Assembly (NCBI GenBank): GCA_044229975.1
Contig: JBGARZ010000004.1
Location: forward strand, 384,001 to 448,000
Length of the DNA: 64,000 nucleotides
Reading direction: 5' to 3'
Source: Polyangiales bacterium
GTDB taxonomy: Bacteria > Myxococcota_A > Polyangia > Polyangiales > Ga0077539
Shown: positions 19,038 to 28,214 of the stretch, in pieces
How the letters are laid out: each line of letters begins with the position of its first letter
Position numbering within the stretch: the first letter of the stretch is position 1
Notes under the pieces: generated by a model
Told to the model about the DNA's origin: nothing
Database searches by the model: none
The model's input: the letters and a program-made list of their open reading frames with translations, nothing else
Translations under genes and position numbers: made by a program

Positions 19038-21251
19038 ATGAGCCGCGTCCTGATCGTCTCCAACCGCCTCCCCATCACGGTTCGCACGGGCGCCGACGGC
19101 GTCGTCGTCGAGCGCAGCAGCGGCGGCCTCGCGACGGGCCTCAAGTCCGTGCACGAGGACGGCGGCGGCGCGTGGATCGGCTGGCCCGGCTCGACCGGCG
19201 CGCTGACCGACGCGCAGCGACTGGCGCTCGACGAGCGCTTCGCGGCGCTGCGGGTGGTCCCCGTGGCCCTCTCGGACGCGGAGATCGAGCAGTACTACGA
19301 GGGGTACTGCAACGGCGTGCTGTGGCCGCTGTTCCACTCCTTCCCCAGCCAGCTCCCGCTGGAGACGGCGGACTTCTCGCTCTACCGCGAGGTCAACCAG
19401 CGCTTCGCCCAGGCGGTCGCGCGGCAGTACCAGCAGGGCGACCTCGTCTGGGTCCACGACTACCAGCTCATGCTCGTGCCGAGGATGCTCCGCGAGCTCA
19501 TCCCCGACGCGATCGTCGGGTTCTTCCTCCACATCCCCTTTCCGTCGCCCGACACCCTCCGCACGCTCCCCGCGCGCGAGGCGATGCTCGACGGCCTCCT
19601 CGCGGCCGACCTCATCGGCTTCCACACCGCTTCGTACATGCGCAACTTCGTCTCGTCGGTGCTGCACGTGCTCGGCGCCGGCGCCGACGTCGACCGCGTC
19701 ACCTGGGAGGGACGCGTGGCCAACCTCGGGGTGTTTCCCATGGGCGTCGACGCCCACGCCTACCGGCGCCTGGGCGAGTCGCCCGAGGTCCGCGCGCTCG
19801 CCGAGGAGTTTCGCGGGGCGCCCGACGAGCGGGTGCTCGTGGGCATCGATCGCCTCGACTACACCAAGGGCATCCCGCGCCGGCTGCTGGCCTACGAGCG
19901 CCTGCTCGCCGACCACCCCGAGCTCCACGGGCGCGTCCGCCTCGTGCAGGTCGCGGTGCCCTCGCGCACCAACGTCGAGGCGTACGCCGACTTCCGTCAC
20001 CAGGTCGACGCGCTCGTCGGGCGCATCAACGGCCGCTTCGGCTCGCCGCGCTGGTCGCCCGTCCACTACGTGTACCGCGGGCTCTCCGAGCAGCACGTGG
20101 CGGCCCTCTACCTCGCCGCCGACGCGCTCCTCGTGACGCCCATCCGCGACGGCATGAACCTCGTCGCCAAGGAGTTCGTCGCCACCCGCGCGGATGAGGA
20201 CGGCGTGCTCGTCCTGAGCGAGTTTGCCGGGGCCGCCGCCGAGCTCGCCGAGGCCGTGCACGTCAACCCCTACGACGTCGAGCGCTCCGCCCTCGCCTAC
20301 CACCGCGCGCTCGTGATGCCCGCGCCCGAGCGGCGGGCGCGCATGCAGACGCTGCGGCAGCGGGTGTTCTCCTACGACGTCCACTGGTGGTCGCGGGCGT
20401 TCCTCGGTCAGCTCACGCGCAGCGGGCACCGGCCCGACCACCACCCCGCCGAATACTCGCGCCCGGCCGACATCGCACGCGCGACGGCCGACCTCGTCGC
20501 AGCCTCGGTGAACGGCCCGCTCGTCCTGCTGCTCGACTACGACGGAACCCTGGTGCCCATCGCCGCGACGCCCGACCTCGCGCGCCCGGACGACGCCCTG
20601 TGCGCGCTGCTGGCCCGGCTCGCCGGGCGGCCCAACGTGCAGGTCCACGTCGTGAGCGGCCGCGGGCGCGACGTGCTCGACGGCTGGCTGTCGTCGCTCC
20701 CCATCGGGCTGCACGCCGAGCACGGGCAGTGGTCCCGGACGCCCGACGGCGCCTGGGCGGAGATCGAACGGCGCCCGGACCAGTGGCGCGCCCGCGCCCT
20801 GGAGATCTTCGAGGACTTCGCGGCGAGGACGCCCGGGTCGCTCGTCGAGCAGAAGCGCTCCGGGCTCGCGTGGCACTACCGCATGGCCGACGCGGAGTAC
20901 GGGCTCCTCCAGGCCAACGAGCTCAAGGCACACCTCGCGTCGCTGCTCTCCAACGCGCCCGTCGAGGTGCTGTCGGGGGACAAGGTCGTCGAGCTCCGAC
21001 CCTTCGGCGCGCACAAGGGGCGCGTGGCGAACGCCGTGCTCGCCCACGCCTCGGCGGACGCCGTGGTCGCGGCCTTCGGCGATGACAGCACCGACGAGGA
21101 CATGTTCGCCGCGCTCCCGCCGACCGCCCGGACCTTCCACGTGGGGGCCGCGGCGAGCCGCGCGCGGCTGCGGCTGCGATCGTTCGAGGACGTACGATCG
21201 ATCCTGACGCGGCTGGCGGACGCGGAGGGCGCGCCCTCGGGCGATCGGTAG
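19038..21251 (+). CDS. otsAB: Bifunctional trehalose-6-phosphate synthase/phosphatase
   Basis: [42 protein letters not shown] domain LDYDGTL..GDD.TDEDMF. Confidence 0.95.
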   Translation: MSRVLIVSNRLPITVRTGADGVVVERSSGGLATGLKSVHEDGGGAWIGWPGSTGALTDAQRLALDERFAALRVVPVALSDAEIEQYYEGYCNGVLWPLFHSFPSQLPLETADFSLYREVNQRFAQAVARQYQQGDLVWVHDYQLMLVPRMLRELIPDAIVGFFLHIPFPSPDTLRTLPAREAMLDGLLAADLIGFHTASYMRNFVSSVLHVLGAGADVDRVTWEGRVANLGVFPMGVDAHAYRRLGESPEVRALAEEFRGAPDERVLVGIDRLDYTKGIPRRLLAYERLLADHPELHGRVRLVQVAVPSRTNVEAYADFRHQVDALVGRINGRFGSPRWSPVHYVYRGLSEQHVAALYLAADALLVTPIRDGMNLVAKEFVATRADEDGVLVLSEFAGAAAELAEAVHVNPYDVERSALAYHRALVMPAPERRARMQTLRQRVFSYDVHWWSRAFLGQLTRSGHRPDHHPAEYSRPADIARATADLVAASVNGPLVLLLDYDGTLVPIAATPDLARPDDALCALLARLAGRPNVQVHVVSGRGRDVLDGWLSSLPIGLHAEHGQWSRTPDGAWAEIERRPDQWRARALEIFEDFAARTPGSLVEQKRSGLAWHYRMADAEYGLLQANELKAHLASLLSNAPVEVLSGDKVVELRPFGAHKGRVANAVLAHASADAVVAAFGDDSTDEDMFAALPPTARTFHVGAAASRARLRLRSFEDVRSILTRLADAEGAPSGDR

Positions 21252-21388
21252 CAGCTGCGAGAGCGCTCGACCGCGCTCAGGTCGCGGCGGCGTCGTTCGT
21301 TTTCGGGGCGAGCCCGGCGCTGGGAGGGCGGCGAACCCGGGGAAGGGTCACGGGCCCGACGCTCACGACCTCGCTCAACGGCGTCGGG

Positions 21389-22951
21389 TCAGTGCCCGGC
21401 GGCCTCGTCCTCCAGCGCGACGAGGCGCGCGTCGATCTCCCCCAGCAGCTCCTCGGCGGCCTCGGCGCCGATGGCCCCCTCGCGGTGTGCGTGCTGCGCC
21501 GCGTCCTTCTCGACGAGCAGGAGCTGCCGCGCCAGCGCGTGGCGCTCCTCGCGCCGGAGCGCCTCGTGGGCGAGGTGCATCGCGCGCAGGTGCTCGTCGC
21601 TGGCCGCGAGCCTCTGGTTGTACTCGTCGCGGAGCTCGGTGAGCACCGCGTCGGACAGCCCGCCCTTCCCGGCCGCCTGCTGGAGCGCGGCGAGCGCGGC
21701 GGTCGTCGCGCGCTGCTCCCCCCGCACGACCTCGTAGCGAACCCGGTCGGTGCCCGCCGCGACGAGCCCGAGGCGCCGCAGCAGCGGGGCCATGGTGAGG
21801 CCCTGCCCCAGGATGGACACCACCACCACGCCGAAGGTCATCGTCACGATCAGCTCGCGGTGTGGGAGCGAGCGCGGCAGCGCCAGGGCGAGCACCATGG
21901 ACAGCCCCCCGCGCAGCCCGCCCCAGGTGAGCACCGCCGCCCACGACGCGGGGAAGCGCTCGCGGGTGCGCCGCAGCGCGAGGCCCACGAGCGCGACCAC
22001 GACGCCCCGGGCGAGGGTCACGGCGACGAAGGCCACGAGGATGGGCTTCCAGGCGTGCAGCAGCGCGCCGAGGTGCACCTCGAAGCCGATGAGCAGGAAG
22101 ACCACCGAGTTGAGCGCGAAGGCGACGTACTCCCAGAACGACTCCACCGCGAGGCGCGTCGACGGCGACATGCCAGTTCGCGCGCCGTAGTTGCCGCAGA
22201 GCATCCCGGCCACGACGGTCGCGATGACCCCGGATAGGTGCACGCGCTCGGCGAGGGCGAAGGAGCCGTAGGCCGCGATGGTGGTGAGGGTGATCTCGAG
22301 CATCGGGTCCTCGATGCGCTGGGTGGCCTTCGAGGTCGCGTAGCCCACCGCGGCGCCGACGAGCAGACCGCCGCCGACGGTGCGCGCGAAGGTGACGCCG
22401 ACCTCCGCGGCCGAGAGCGACTCGCCGCTGACGAACGCGAGGACGAGGGAGAACACCACCACCGCCGTGCCGTCGTTGAGCAGGCTCTCGCCCTCGATGA
22501 GCACCATCAGCCGCCGCGGCGCGCCGAGCGACTTGAAGAGGCCGACCACGGCGATGGGGTCGGTGGCGGCGAGCAGCGCGGCGAAGACCAGCCCCTGCGC
22601 GAGGGTGAAGCGCTCGACCAGGTGCAGGGTGTTGGTCACCGGCACGAGGATCAGCGCGGTGAGGGAGATGGCGACGACGAGCCCGGGGACGGCGAGCGCG
22701 TGGATGGCCAGCTTGTTCGCCCAGAACTTCTTGAAGTCGAGGTGGAAGGCCGCCTCGAAGACCAGGCCCGGGAGGAAGACGGCGTAGAGCAGCTCGCGGG
22801 TGAGGTGCGGGGGCGAGAGGGCGTGCGTGGCGCCGAGCGCGAGCCCGGTGACCACGAGGGCCACGGTGTAGGGCGTGCGGAGCGCGCGCGCGACCAGCGC
22901 GACGGCGGTCGCGACGAGGAAGAGCGCGACGAAGATGAGCTCATGACCCAT
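21389..22951 (-). CDS. CPA1-family Na+/H+ antiporter (NhaP/NhaK-like)
   Basis: AATDPIAV, IEGESLLNDG, WGGLRG. Confidence 0.95.
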   Translation of the reverse strand: MGHELIFVALFLVATAVALVARALRTPYTVALVVTGLALGATHALSPPHLTRELLYAVFLPGLVFEAAFHLDFKKFWANKLAIHALAVPGLVVAISLTALILVPVTNTLHLVERFTLAQGLVFAALLAATDPIAVVGLFKSLGAPRRLMVLIEGESLLNDGTAVVVFSLVLAFVSGESLSAAEVGVTFARTVGGGLLVGAAVGYATSKATQRIEDPMLEITLTTIAAYGSFALAERVHLSGVIATVVAGMLCGNYGARTGMSPSTRLAVESFWEYVAFALNSVVFLLIGFEVHLGALLHAWKPILVAFVAVTLARGVVVALVGLALRRTRERFPASWAAVLTWGGLRGGLSMVLALALPRSLPHRELIVTMTFGVVVVSILGQGLTMAPLLRRLGLVAAGTDRVRYEVVRGEQRATTAALAALQQAAGKGGLSDAVLTELRDEYNQRLAASDEHLRAMHLAHEALRREERHALARQLLLVEKDAAQHAHREGAIGAEAAEELLGEIDARLVALEDEAAGH

Positions 22952-23006
22952 GGCGACAATGCCCCAGAGAATCGTGTGGGATGGATAGGACGGAGGCGAG
23001 CGACAT
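22941..23006 (-). CDS. Putative 21-aa leader peptide (MSLASVLSIPHDSLGHCRHGS)
   Basis: ATG immediately after the riboswitch platform; stop overlaps the antiporter start by 11 nt. Confidence 0.35.
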   Translation of the reverse strand: MSLASVLSIPHDSLGHCRHGS

Positions 23007-23033
23007 GCGTGATCTCGACCGGGTCAACCGGTG

Positions 23034-23081
23034 GAGATGGCGGCCCGACCATCCGTTGTCCTGCAACCAGCGGTTGCACCC
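23034..23081 (-). ncRNA. nhaA-I-like RNA motif (putative Li+-I riboswitch), copy 3
   Basis: Core identical to copy 1; 5' of the intact CPA1 gene. Confidence 0.75.
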
Positions 23082-23196
23082 TGCCGTGGCGTCGGCGAGT
23101 CGTCTATCACGGCGGCGGCGGGCGCGGCACCATGATCGGTCGGAGGGCCCCAACCCCCCCACCACGCGCGCGAGGGCGGACGAAATCGCGGACGGC

Positions 23197-23224
23197 TGAA
23201 ACCTTCCCGAAGCCCCGGTCGTAG
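23197..23224 (+). promoter_or_regulatory. Putative ECF promoter TGAAAC-N17-CGTAG
   Basis: AAC/CGT ECF pattern about 50 nt before the precursor ATG; resembles the sites at 26031 and 29213. Confidence 0.5.
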
Positions 23225-23272
23225 GCCCGTCGCAGCCGGTCGGGTACCGGCTCACGAAGGAGCAGAGAGACC

Positions 23273-23701
23273 ATGAACAACGACATCCGCGCGAAGCTTC
23301 TGGTGATGGTGACCGCCGCCCTCGGTGGCGCCGCGATCGAGGGCTGCGCGAGCAGCGCGCCGCCCGCGACGGCCCAGCCCATGGCATCGAGCAGCGCGGG
23401 CGGTCAGGCCGCGAGCTGCGGTGCTCACGCCAGCGCGGGCGGTCAGGCCGCGAGCTGCGGCGCGCACGGTGCGGCTCCCGTCGCGCCGGTGGCCGCACAG
23501 GCCGCGAGCTGCGGCGCCCATGCGCCCGCCGCCACGCCGACCCCCGAGACGGCCCAGGCTGCGAGCTGCGGGCAGACCGGGAGCTGCGGCGCCTCCAACA
23601 CCGCCCACGCCCCGGGCACCACCGCCGCGATGCCCGCCACTCCGGCGGCGATGCCTGCCCCCGCCACCACGGCCGCGGCTCGTCCCCGCGCCACGCGCTG
23701 A
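23273..23701 (+). CDS. Putative MNIO RiPP precursor, lipoprotein with five SCG motifs
   Basis: Signal peptide ending IEG-C25; QAASCGAH x3, QAASCGQ, TGSCGA; directly upstream of DUF692; AAGGAG RBS. Confidence 0.8.
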   Translation: MNNDIRAKLLVMVTAALGGAAIEGCASSAPPATAQPMASSSAGGQAASCGAHASAGGQAASCGAHGAAPVAPVAAQAASCGAHAPAATPTPETAQAASCGQTGSCGASNTAHAPGTTAAMPATPAAMPAPATTAAARPRATR

Positions 23702-23708
23702 GCGACCG

Positions 23709-24542
23709 GTGGCGCGCGTCGAGGGCGTCGGCCTGGGCTTGCGGGCCCCGCTGTTTCGCGACCTGATGTCGCGGGCGCCCCCGGCGTTGCGCTGGGTCGA
23801 GGTCTCTCCCGAGAACCACCTCGGGCGCGGCGGGTTCTTCGAAGCGATGCTGGCGGAGACCCGCGCGCGCTTCCCGGTGGTGACGCACGGCGTGAGCCTC
23901 GGGCTCGGCGATCGTGAGCCGCCGGCGCGCGACCTGCTGCGCGCGATGCGGGGCTTCCTCGAAGCCGTGCAGACGCCCTGGCACAGCGATCACCTCTGCT
24001 TCGGCGCGGTCGACGGCGCCCACCTCCACGACCTGCTCCCGCTGCCATTCACGGAGGAGAGCGTTCGTCGCGTGGTGAGCCGGGTGCGGCTCCTCGAAGA
24101 CGCGCTCGGCCTCCCCATCGCCGTCGAGAACATCTCCTGGTACGCGCACCCCGGCGAGGCCGAGATGGACGAGGCCGACTTCCTCCACGAGATCACCGCG
24201 CGCAGCGGCGCCCTGCTGCTGCTCGACGTCAACAACGCCTACGTCAACGCCCGCAACCACGGCACCGACGCGCGGGATTTCATCCGGCGCATCCCCGCCG
24301 ACCGCGTGGTGCAGATGCACGTCGCGGGACACCTCGTGGGCGCCGACGGCTCGCGCATCGATACGCACGGCGAGGCCGTCTGTGACGACGTGTACGCGCT
24401 GCTCGCGGAGGCCCTGTCGCGCACCGGTCCGGTGCCCGTGCTGCTGGAGCGCGACGGGGGCTTTCCTCCGTGGGAGGAGCTCGCCGCGGAGATCGAACGC
24501 CTCGACGCCATCGTGCGCGCGTCGGCGGAGTCCGCGCCGTGA
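23709..24542 (+). CDS. DUF692 multinuclear non-heme iron oxidative enzyme (MNIO; MbnB/TglH/ChrH/BufB family)
   Basis: GVGLGLR, EVSPEN, HGVSLGLG, SDHLCF, DLLPLP, ENIS, LLLDVNN, HVAGH, IDTHG, LLERD. Confidence 0.95.
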   Translation: MARVEGVGLGLRAPLFRDLMSRAPPALRWVEVSPENHLGRGGFFEAMLAETRARFPVVTHGVSLGLGDREPPARDLLRAMRGFLEAVQTPWHSDHLCFGAVDGAHLHDLLPLPFTEESVRRVVSRVRLLEDALGLPIAVENISWYAHPGEAEMDEADFLHEITARSGALLLLDVNNAYVNARNHGTDARDFIRRIPADRVVQMHVAGHLVGADGSRIDTHGEAVCDDVYALLAEALSRTGPVPVLLERDGGFPPWEELAAEIERLDAIVRASAESAP

Positions 24543-25270
24543 GCGGGCTCGACGCGCAGCAGCGGGCCATCGCGCGGCTGACGCTCGGGGCCGAGCTCGA
24601 CGAGGCCGCGCTGGCCTCGCTGGGTGGCGATCGCGCGCGCTGGCTGGTGTACCGCGACCTGGTGCGCAACCGCCTCTGGGGACTGCTGCTCGAAGCGTTG
24701 CCGCGCACCTTCGCGGCGGCCGGGAGCGAGCGCTTCGGCGGGTGGTTTACCCGCTACCTCGACGAGGAGGCGCCGCGCACGCACTTCGTCCGCGAGGTGG
24801 CGCCGGCCTTCGGTCGGTGGGTGCGCGCGGCGGAGGCCGACGGGCTCGCGGCGCCGTCGCCATGGCTGCCCGAGGCGCTCTCGCTCGACCTGGCCGAGCA
24901 CCACGTCGGGCTCTCGGCGGCGCGCGTCGACGAGTCACGGCTGACCGACTTCGCGATGCACCTCCCAGCGGCCCTCGATCCGACGCACCAACGGTTGCGC
25001 CTCTCGTGGACCCCAGCGGGCGCTTCCGAGGGGCGGGCGTTGCTCCTTCACCGTCACCCGGTGCGGCACACCGTGGAGACGCTCGCGCTCACGCCCATGG
25101 CGGCCGACGTGCTCGACGCGATGGACGACGGGGTGACGCCCGCGGCCGAGGCCGTGCGCGCGGTGCTGGCGCGCGGCGACGTGGTCGCGGGGTCGGCCTT
25201 TGTGGAGAGCTTCGCGGGCCTGCTCGCCGAGCTGATGGAGCGCGGCGTCTTGCGGGGCTCGCTGCGGTAG
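24539..25270 (+). CDS. MNIO partner protein (DUF2063/HvfC/BufC-like, RRE-type N-terminus)
   Basis: RWLVYRDLVRNRL..LL..ALPRT..F..Y..F..W pattern; GTGA overlap with DUF692. Confidence 0.8.
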   Translation: MSGLDAQQRAIARLTLGAELDEAALASLGGDRARWLVYRDLVRNRLWGLLLEALPRTFAAAGSERFGGWFTRYLDEEAPRTHFVREVAPAFGRWVRAAEADGLAAPSPWLPEALSLDLAEHHVGLSAARVDESRLTDFAMHLPAALDPTHQRLRLSWTPAGASEGRALLLHRHPVRHTVETLALTPMAADVLDAMDDGVTPAAEAVRAVLARGDVVAGSAFVESFAGLLAELMERGVLRGSLR

Positions 25271-25271
25271 C

Positions 25272-25982
25272 TCAGGAGGCGTGGCGGAAGGCCGTGAGGT
25301 CGACGCGCACGCGGATGTCGTTGCTCACCTTGAGGCGCAGCAGCGCCGGGACGCTGATGCCGTAGTCGGTGAGCGCGAGGTGAAACTCGCCCTGCACACG
25401 GAGCATGTCGGCGTTGATGCCGATGCCCTCCATCCCGGCGTACTCGCCCGAGAGCGGGATGAGGCGCACCGTCACCGGGACGGTCACATCGTGGGTGACG
25501 CCGTGCAGGGTGAAGCGCCCGCGCACGCGCGCCGCGGTGGGGCGGTTGGCGACGATGGGCGTCGCGAGGGTGGTGCCGGTGAGCTCCAGCGTGATGCTCG
25601 GGTGGTGGGCGGCGTCGAGCCAGCTGTCGCCGCGGAGGTGCTCGTCGCGGAGGTCGACGCCGGTGCGCAGCGTGGTGGCCGTGACCTCGACGCGCCCGGA
25701 GAGCTGTCGCGAGGGGTTGGCGAGGTCGACGGTGAAGCCTCCGGCGGTGGAGGTGGAGATGCCATCGACGGTCTCGAGCGGCGCGTCGGAGGTGAAGAGC
25801 ACGCGCGACTGACCGTTGGTGCGGAGGTCGAAGCGCTGCACCCCCGTGGGCGCCGCGGCGGGCGCGGTCATCGCGGGAGGCGCCATCATGGTGGGCGTCT
25901 GCTGCGCGCTGAGCGGAGCGGCCGCGGCGAGCAGGGTGACGGCGAGAAACGATGCGAGGCGGGGGCGTTGGGCGAGCTTCAC
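25272..25982 (-). CDS. YceI-family periplasmic lipid/polyisoprenoid-binding protein
   Basis: Signal peptide; LRTGVDLRDEHLR..WLDA..HP.I; G.FTLHGVT; DYGI. Confidence 0.9.
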   Translation of the reverse strand: MKLAQRPRLASFLAVTLLAAAAPLSAQQTPTMMAPPAMTAPAAAPTGVQRFDLRTNGQSRVLFTSDAPLETVDGISTSTAGGFTVDLANPSRQLSGRVEVTATTLRTGVDLRDEHLRGDSWLDAAHHPSITLELTGTTLATPIVANRPTAARVRGRFTLHGVTHDVTVPVTVRLIPLSGEYAGMEGIGINADMLRVQGEFHLALTDYGISVPALLRLKVSNDIRVRVDLTAFRHAS

Positions 25983-26030
25983 GGGGGACCTCCGACGTGT
26001 TGGTGGGACGCTGCGATTCGCGCGTCGGCC

Positions 26031-26060
26031 ACGTCTACGTCGGGGGCATTGAACGGTTAC
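26031..26060 (-). promoter_or_regulatory. Putative ECF promoter GTAAC-N16-CGTAG
   Basis: GTAACCGTT-N12-CGTAGACGT, flanks identical to the site at 29213. Confidence 0.65.
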
Positions 26061-26092
26061 TCACGCCTCGGTGATGGTCGCCGTCGCCGCGC

Positions 26093-26341
26093 TCACCCCC
26101 GTCGCCACGCGCGAAACGCCTCCAGCACCGCCGGCGGCACCGACGCGACGGGGCGCTCGCTCCCTCCTGCGCGCGCGGCCGACACCGTCGCGCGAACCTG
26201 ATCGACGTACTCCCGGCACGCCGAGCAGATCACCAGGTGCGCCTCGAAGCGCGACCGCGCGTCGGGGCCCAGGTCGCCCTCCAGGTAGTCGGTCACCGCC
26301 TCGACGAGGTCGCGGCAGGCGAGGTCGTCATCGTTCGTCAT
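26093..26341 (-). CDS. Zinc-finger anti-sigma factor (zf-HC2)
   Basis: C..LVE.VTDYLEG.L....FEAHL..C..C. Confidence 0.9.
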   Translation of the reverse strand: MTNDDDLACRDLVEAVTDYLEGDLGPDARSRFEAHLVICSACREYVDQVRATVSAARAGGSERPVASVPPAVLEAFRAWRRG

Positions 26342-26996
26342 CGTTGCCCTCGTCCATGAGCCGCTCGACCACGCGGCGCACGCGCGACCGCGCCCGGTGC
26401 AGGATCACCCGCTCGTTGGCGGCGCTCAGCCCGAGCGCCTCGCACGCCTCGCTCGCCGTGCAGCCCTCGACGTCGCGCAGGGTCATCACGGCCCGCTGCG
26501 CCGTCGGCAGCGCCGAGATCGCGTCGCCCACCCACGCCAGCAGGCGCTTGCGGGCGAGGTGGTCCTCGGGCGACGTCGACCAGGGACGCGGCGCCGTCGC
26601 CCAGTGCCCGGGCCAGCGCGGGTGGTCGGCCGGCAGGAAGCGCGCGGGCTCGACCGCGTAGTCCTCGTGGGGCTCCGCCACCAGGGGGTGCCGCGACTCG
26701 CGGACGGCGCGCGTGCGTGCGCGGTGCACCACGATGCTGAAGATCCATGAGCGCAGCGACGCGCGGCCCTCGAAGCCGTCGAGCCCGCGCAGCACCGCGA
26801 CCCACGCCTCCTGCGCGACCTCCTCGGCCATCGACCGTTCGCCCACGAACGCTGCCGCGAGGCGCACCATCGCCCCGTGGTGGCGCGTCACCAGCTCCGC
26901 AAACGCCGCCTCGTCACCGTCCCGCAACGCGGCCTTCCAGCGCTCGGCCTCGCGGGTGTGGTCTGCCCCGTCCATCGTGGCGTCTGACGAATCCAT
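26328..26996 (-). CDS. ECF RNA polymerase sigma factor
   Basis: GDEAAFAELV, AEEVAQEAW, FEGRASLRSW, LP..QRAVMTLRDVEG..E.C..L..N.RV.LHRAR. Confidence 0.9.
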   Translation of the reverse strand: MDSSDATMDGADHTREAERWKAALRDGDEAAFAELVTRHHGAMVRLAAAFVGERSMAEEVAQEAWVAVLRGLDGFEGRASLRSWIFSIVVHRARTRAVRESRHPLVAEPHEDYAVEPARFLPADHPRWPGHWATAPRPWSTSPEDHLARKRLLAWVGDAISALPTAQRAVMTLRDVEGCTASEACEALGLSAANERVILHRARSRVRRVVERLMDEGNDDER

Positions 26997-27140
26997 GGGC
27001 CGCGTCGCCGCGGATGGTCGTGCCTCCCGCCGTTCGCGCGCTACCTCCGCGACCACGAAATCGAACGCGCGTGTGTAACGCCTGACGGTCGTTCCGAGAC
27101 TCCAGACGACCTGATCCCTCGTGTCCCGCAAAGGAGTCCC

Positions 27141-27830
27141 ATGCGATCTGCTTCTCTCCGACGTCTGTCTCCCTACGGCTCTCTCGCGTCGCTGCTGCTC
27201 GCGAGCGCCTTCGTCGTCCCCGGCTGCGGCGACGACACGCCCTCGTCCGCCGCGACCACCACGGACGTCCCGGCGTCCCCACCCGACGCGGGTTCGATGG
27301 CCCTCGATGTCGCCATGGTCGTGGACGTCGCGACGGTCGACGTGGCCGTGATGGACGGGGGCGCTCTCACGACGGACATCGGTCGCGACGCGGGCTCACC
27401 GGCGACGCTGGCGCCGGGCCCGCAGACGCCTCCGTCCTCGGGGCGGGTCGACATGGAGGCGTGGATCGCCGCGGGCCACTACCGCGCGTGGCACTGCGAG
27501 CCGACGCCGCACGCGTCCCGCCCGGGGTCGCCGCACGGCACCAACCGCATCTGCTCCAACGACCTGCTGAGCGGTTCGACGGGCGACGGCCCCTACCCCG
27601 TCGGCGCCGCGGCCGTGAAGGAGCTGTACGGCACGCCCGGAACGGTGACCGGCTACGCCGTCTACCTGAAGGTCGCGGACGGAACCGACGGCGCCAACTG
27701 GTACTGGTTCGAGCGCATCGGCGCGCGCAACGTCGCCGACGGCCTCGGGGCGAGCGGATCGGCGCGCACCATCTGCGTGGGCTGCCACGCGAGCGCCCCG
27801 CGGGACTTCGTCTTCACCCACGTGCGCTGA
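27141..27830 (+). CDS. Lipoprotein with cytochrome P460-like c-type heme domain
   Basis: Lipobox VPG-C; YPVGAAAVKELY..K....G.NWYW..CVGCH..DFVF. Confidence 0.7.
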   Translation: MRSASLRRLSPYGSLASLLLASAFVVPGCGDDTPSSAATTTDVPASPPDAGSMALDVAMVVDVATVDVAVMDGGALTTDIGRDAGSPATLAPGPQTPPSSGRVDMEAWIAAGHYRAWHCEPTPHASRPGSPHGTNRICSNDLLSGSTGDGPYPVGAAAVKELYGTPGTVTGYAVYLKVADGTDGANWYWFERIGARNVADGLGASGSARTICVGCHASAPRDFVFTHVR

Positions 27831-28177
27831 GCGGCGCCGCGGTGGTCGCCTCGCGGTGGGACGGCGCTCGCCCGCCTTCGATCGTGCTGACGGAGGTGCA
27901 ACCCGTCGGCGTCGCGCACGCCGCGCCGTCGCGAAAGGCGATCTCCGTCCCCTCGTGCGTGCAGAGCGTCGAGTAGGCGAAGTAGCCGCCGGCGTCGCGC
28001 CCGACGATCACCTTCTGCCCGGGTACAGCTTCCACGTCCCGACGGCGTGGTCGGCCGCGCGTCCGCCGCTGAAGGGCGCCGTCGGCATCGATGCGTCCCC
28101 GCAGCCCGCGGCCAGGCCCGCGACCCCCAGCACGCACAGGAACGTCCTGCGCTCCAGGCGCTTCGTGTCTTCGTTCG
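27830..28177 (-). pseudogene. Degenerate Tat-exported Rieske 2Fe-2S lipoprotein
   Basis: ERRTFL + LAAGC leader in one frame, AYSTLCTHEG in another (frameshift near 28020); ACG instead of ATG after GGAGAG; second CxxH box absent. Confidence 0.6.
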
Positions 28178-28214
28178 TGTGGGCTCTCCCGATGTCGTCG
28201 AGCGCGCGCCGCGG

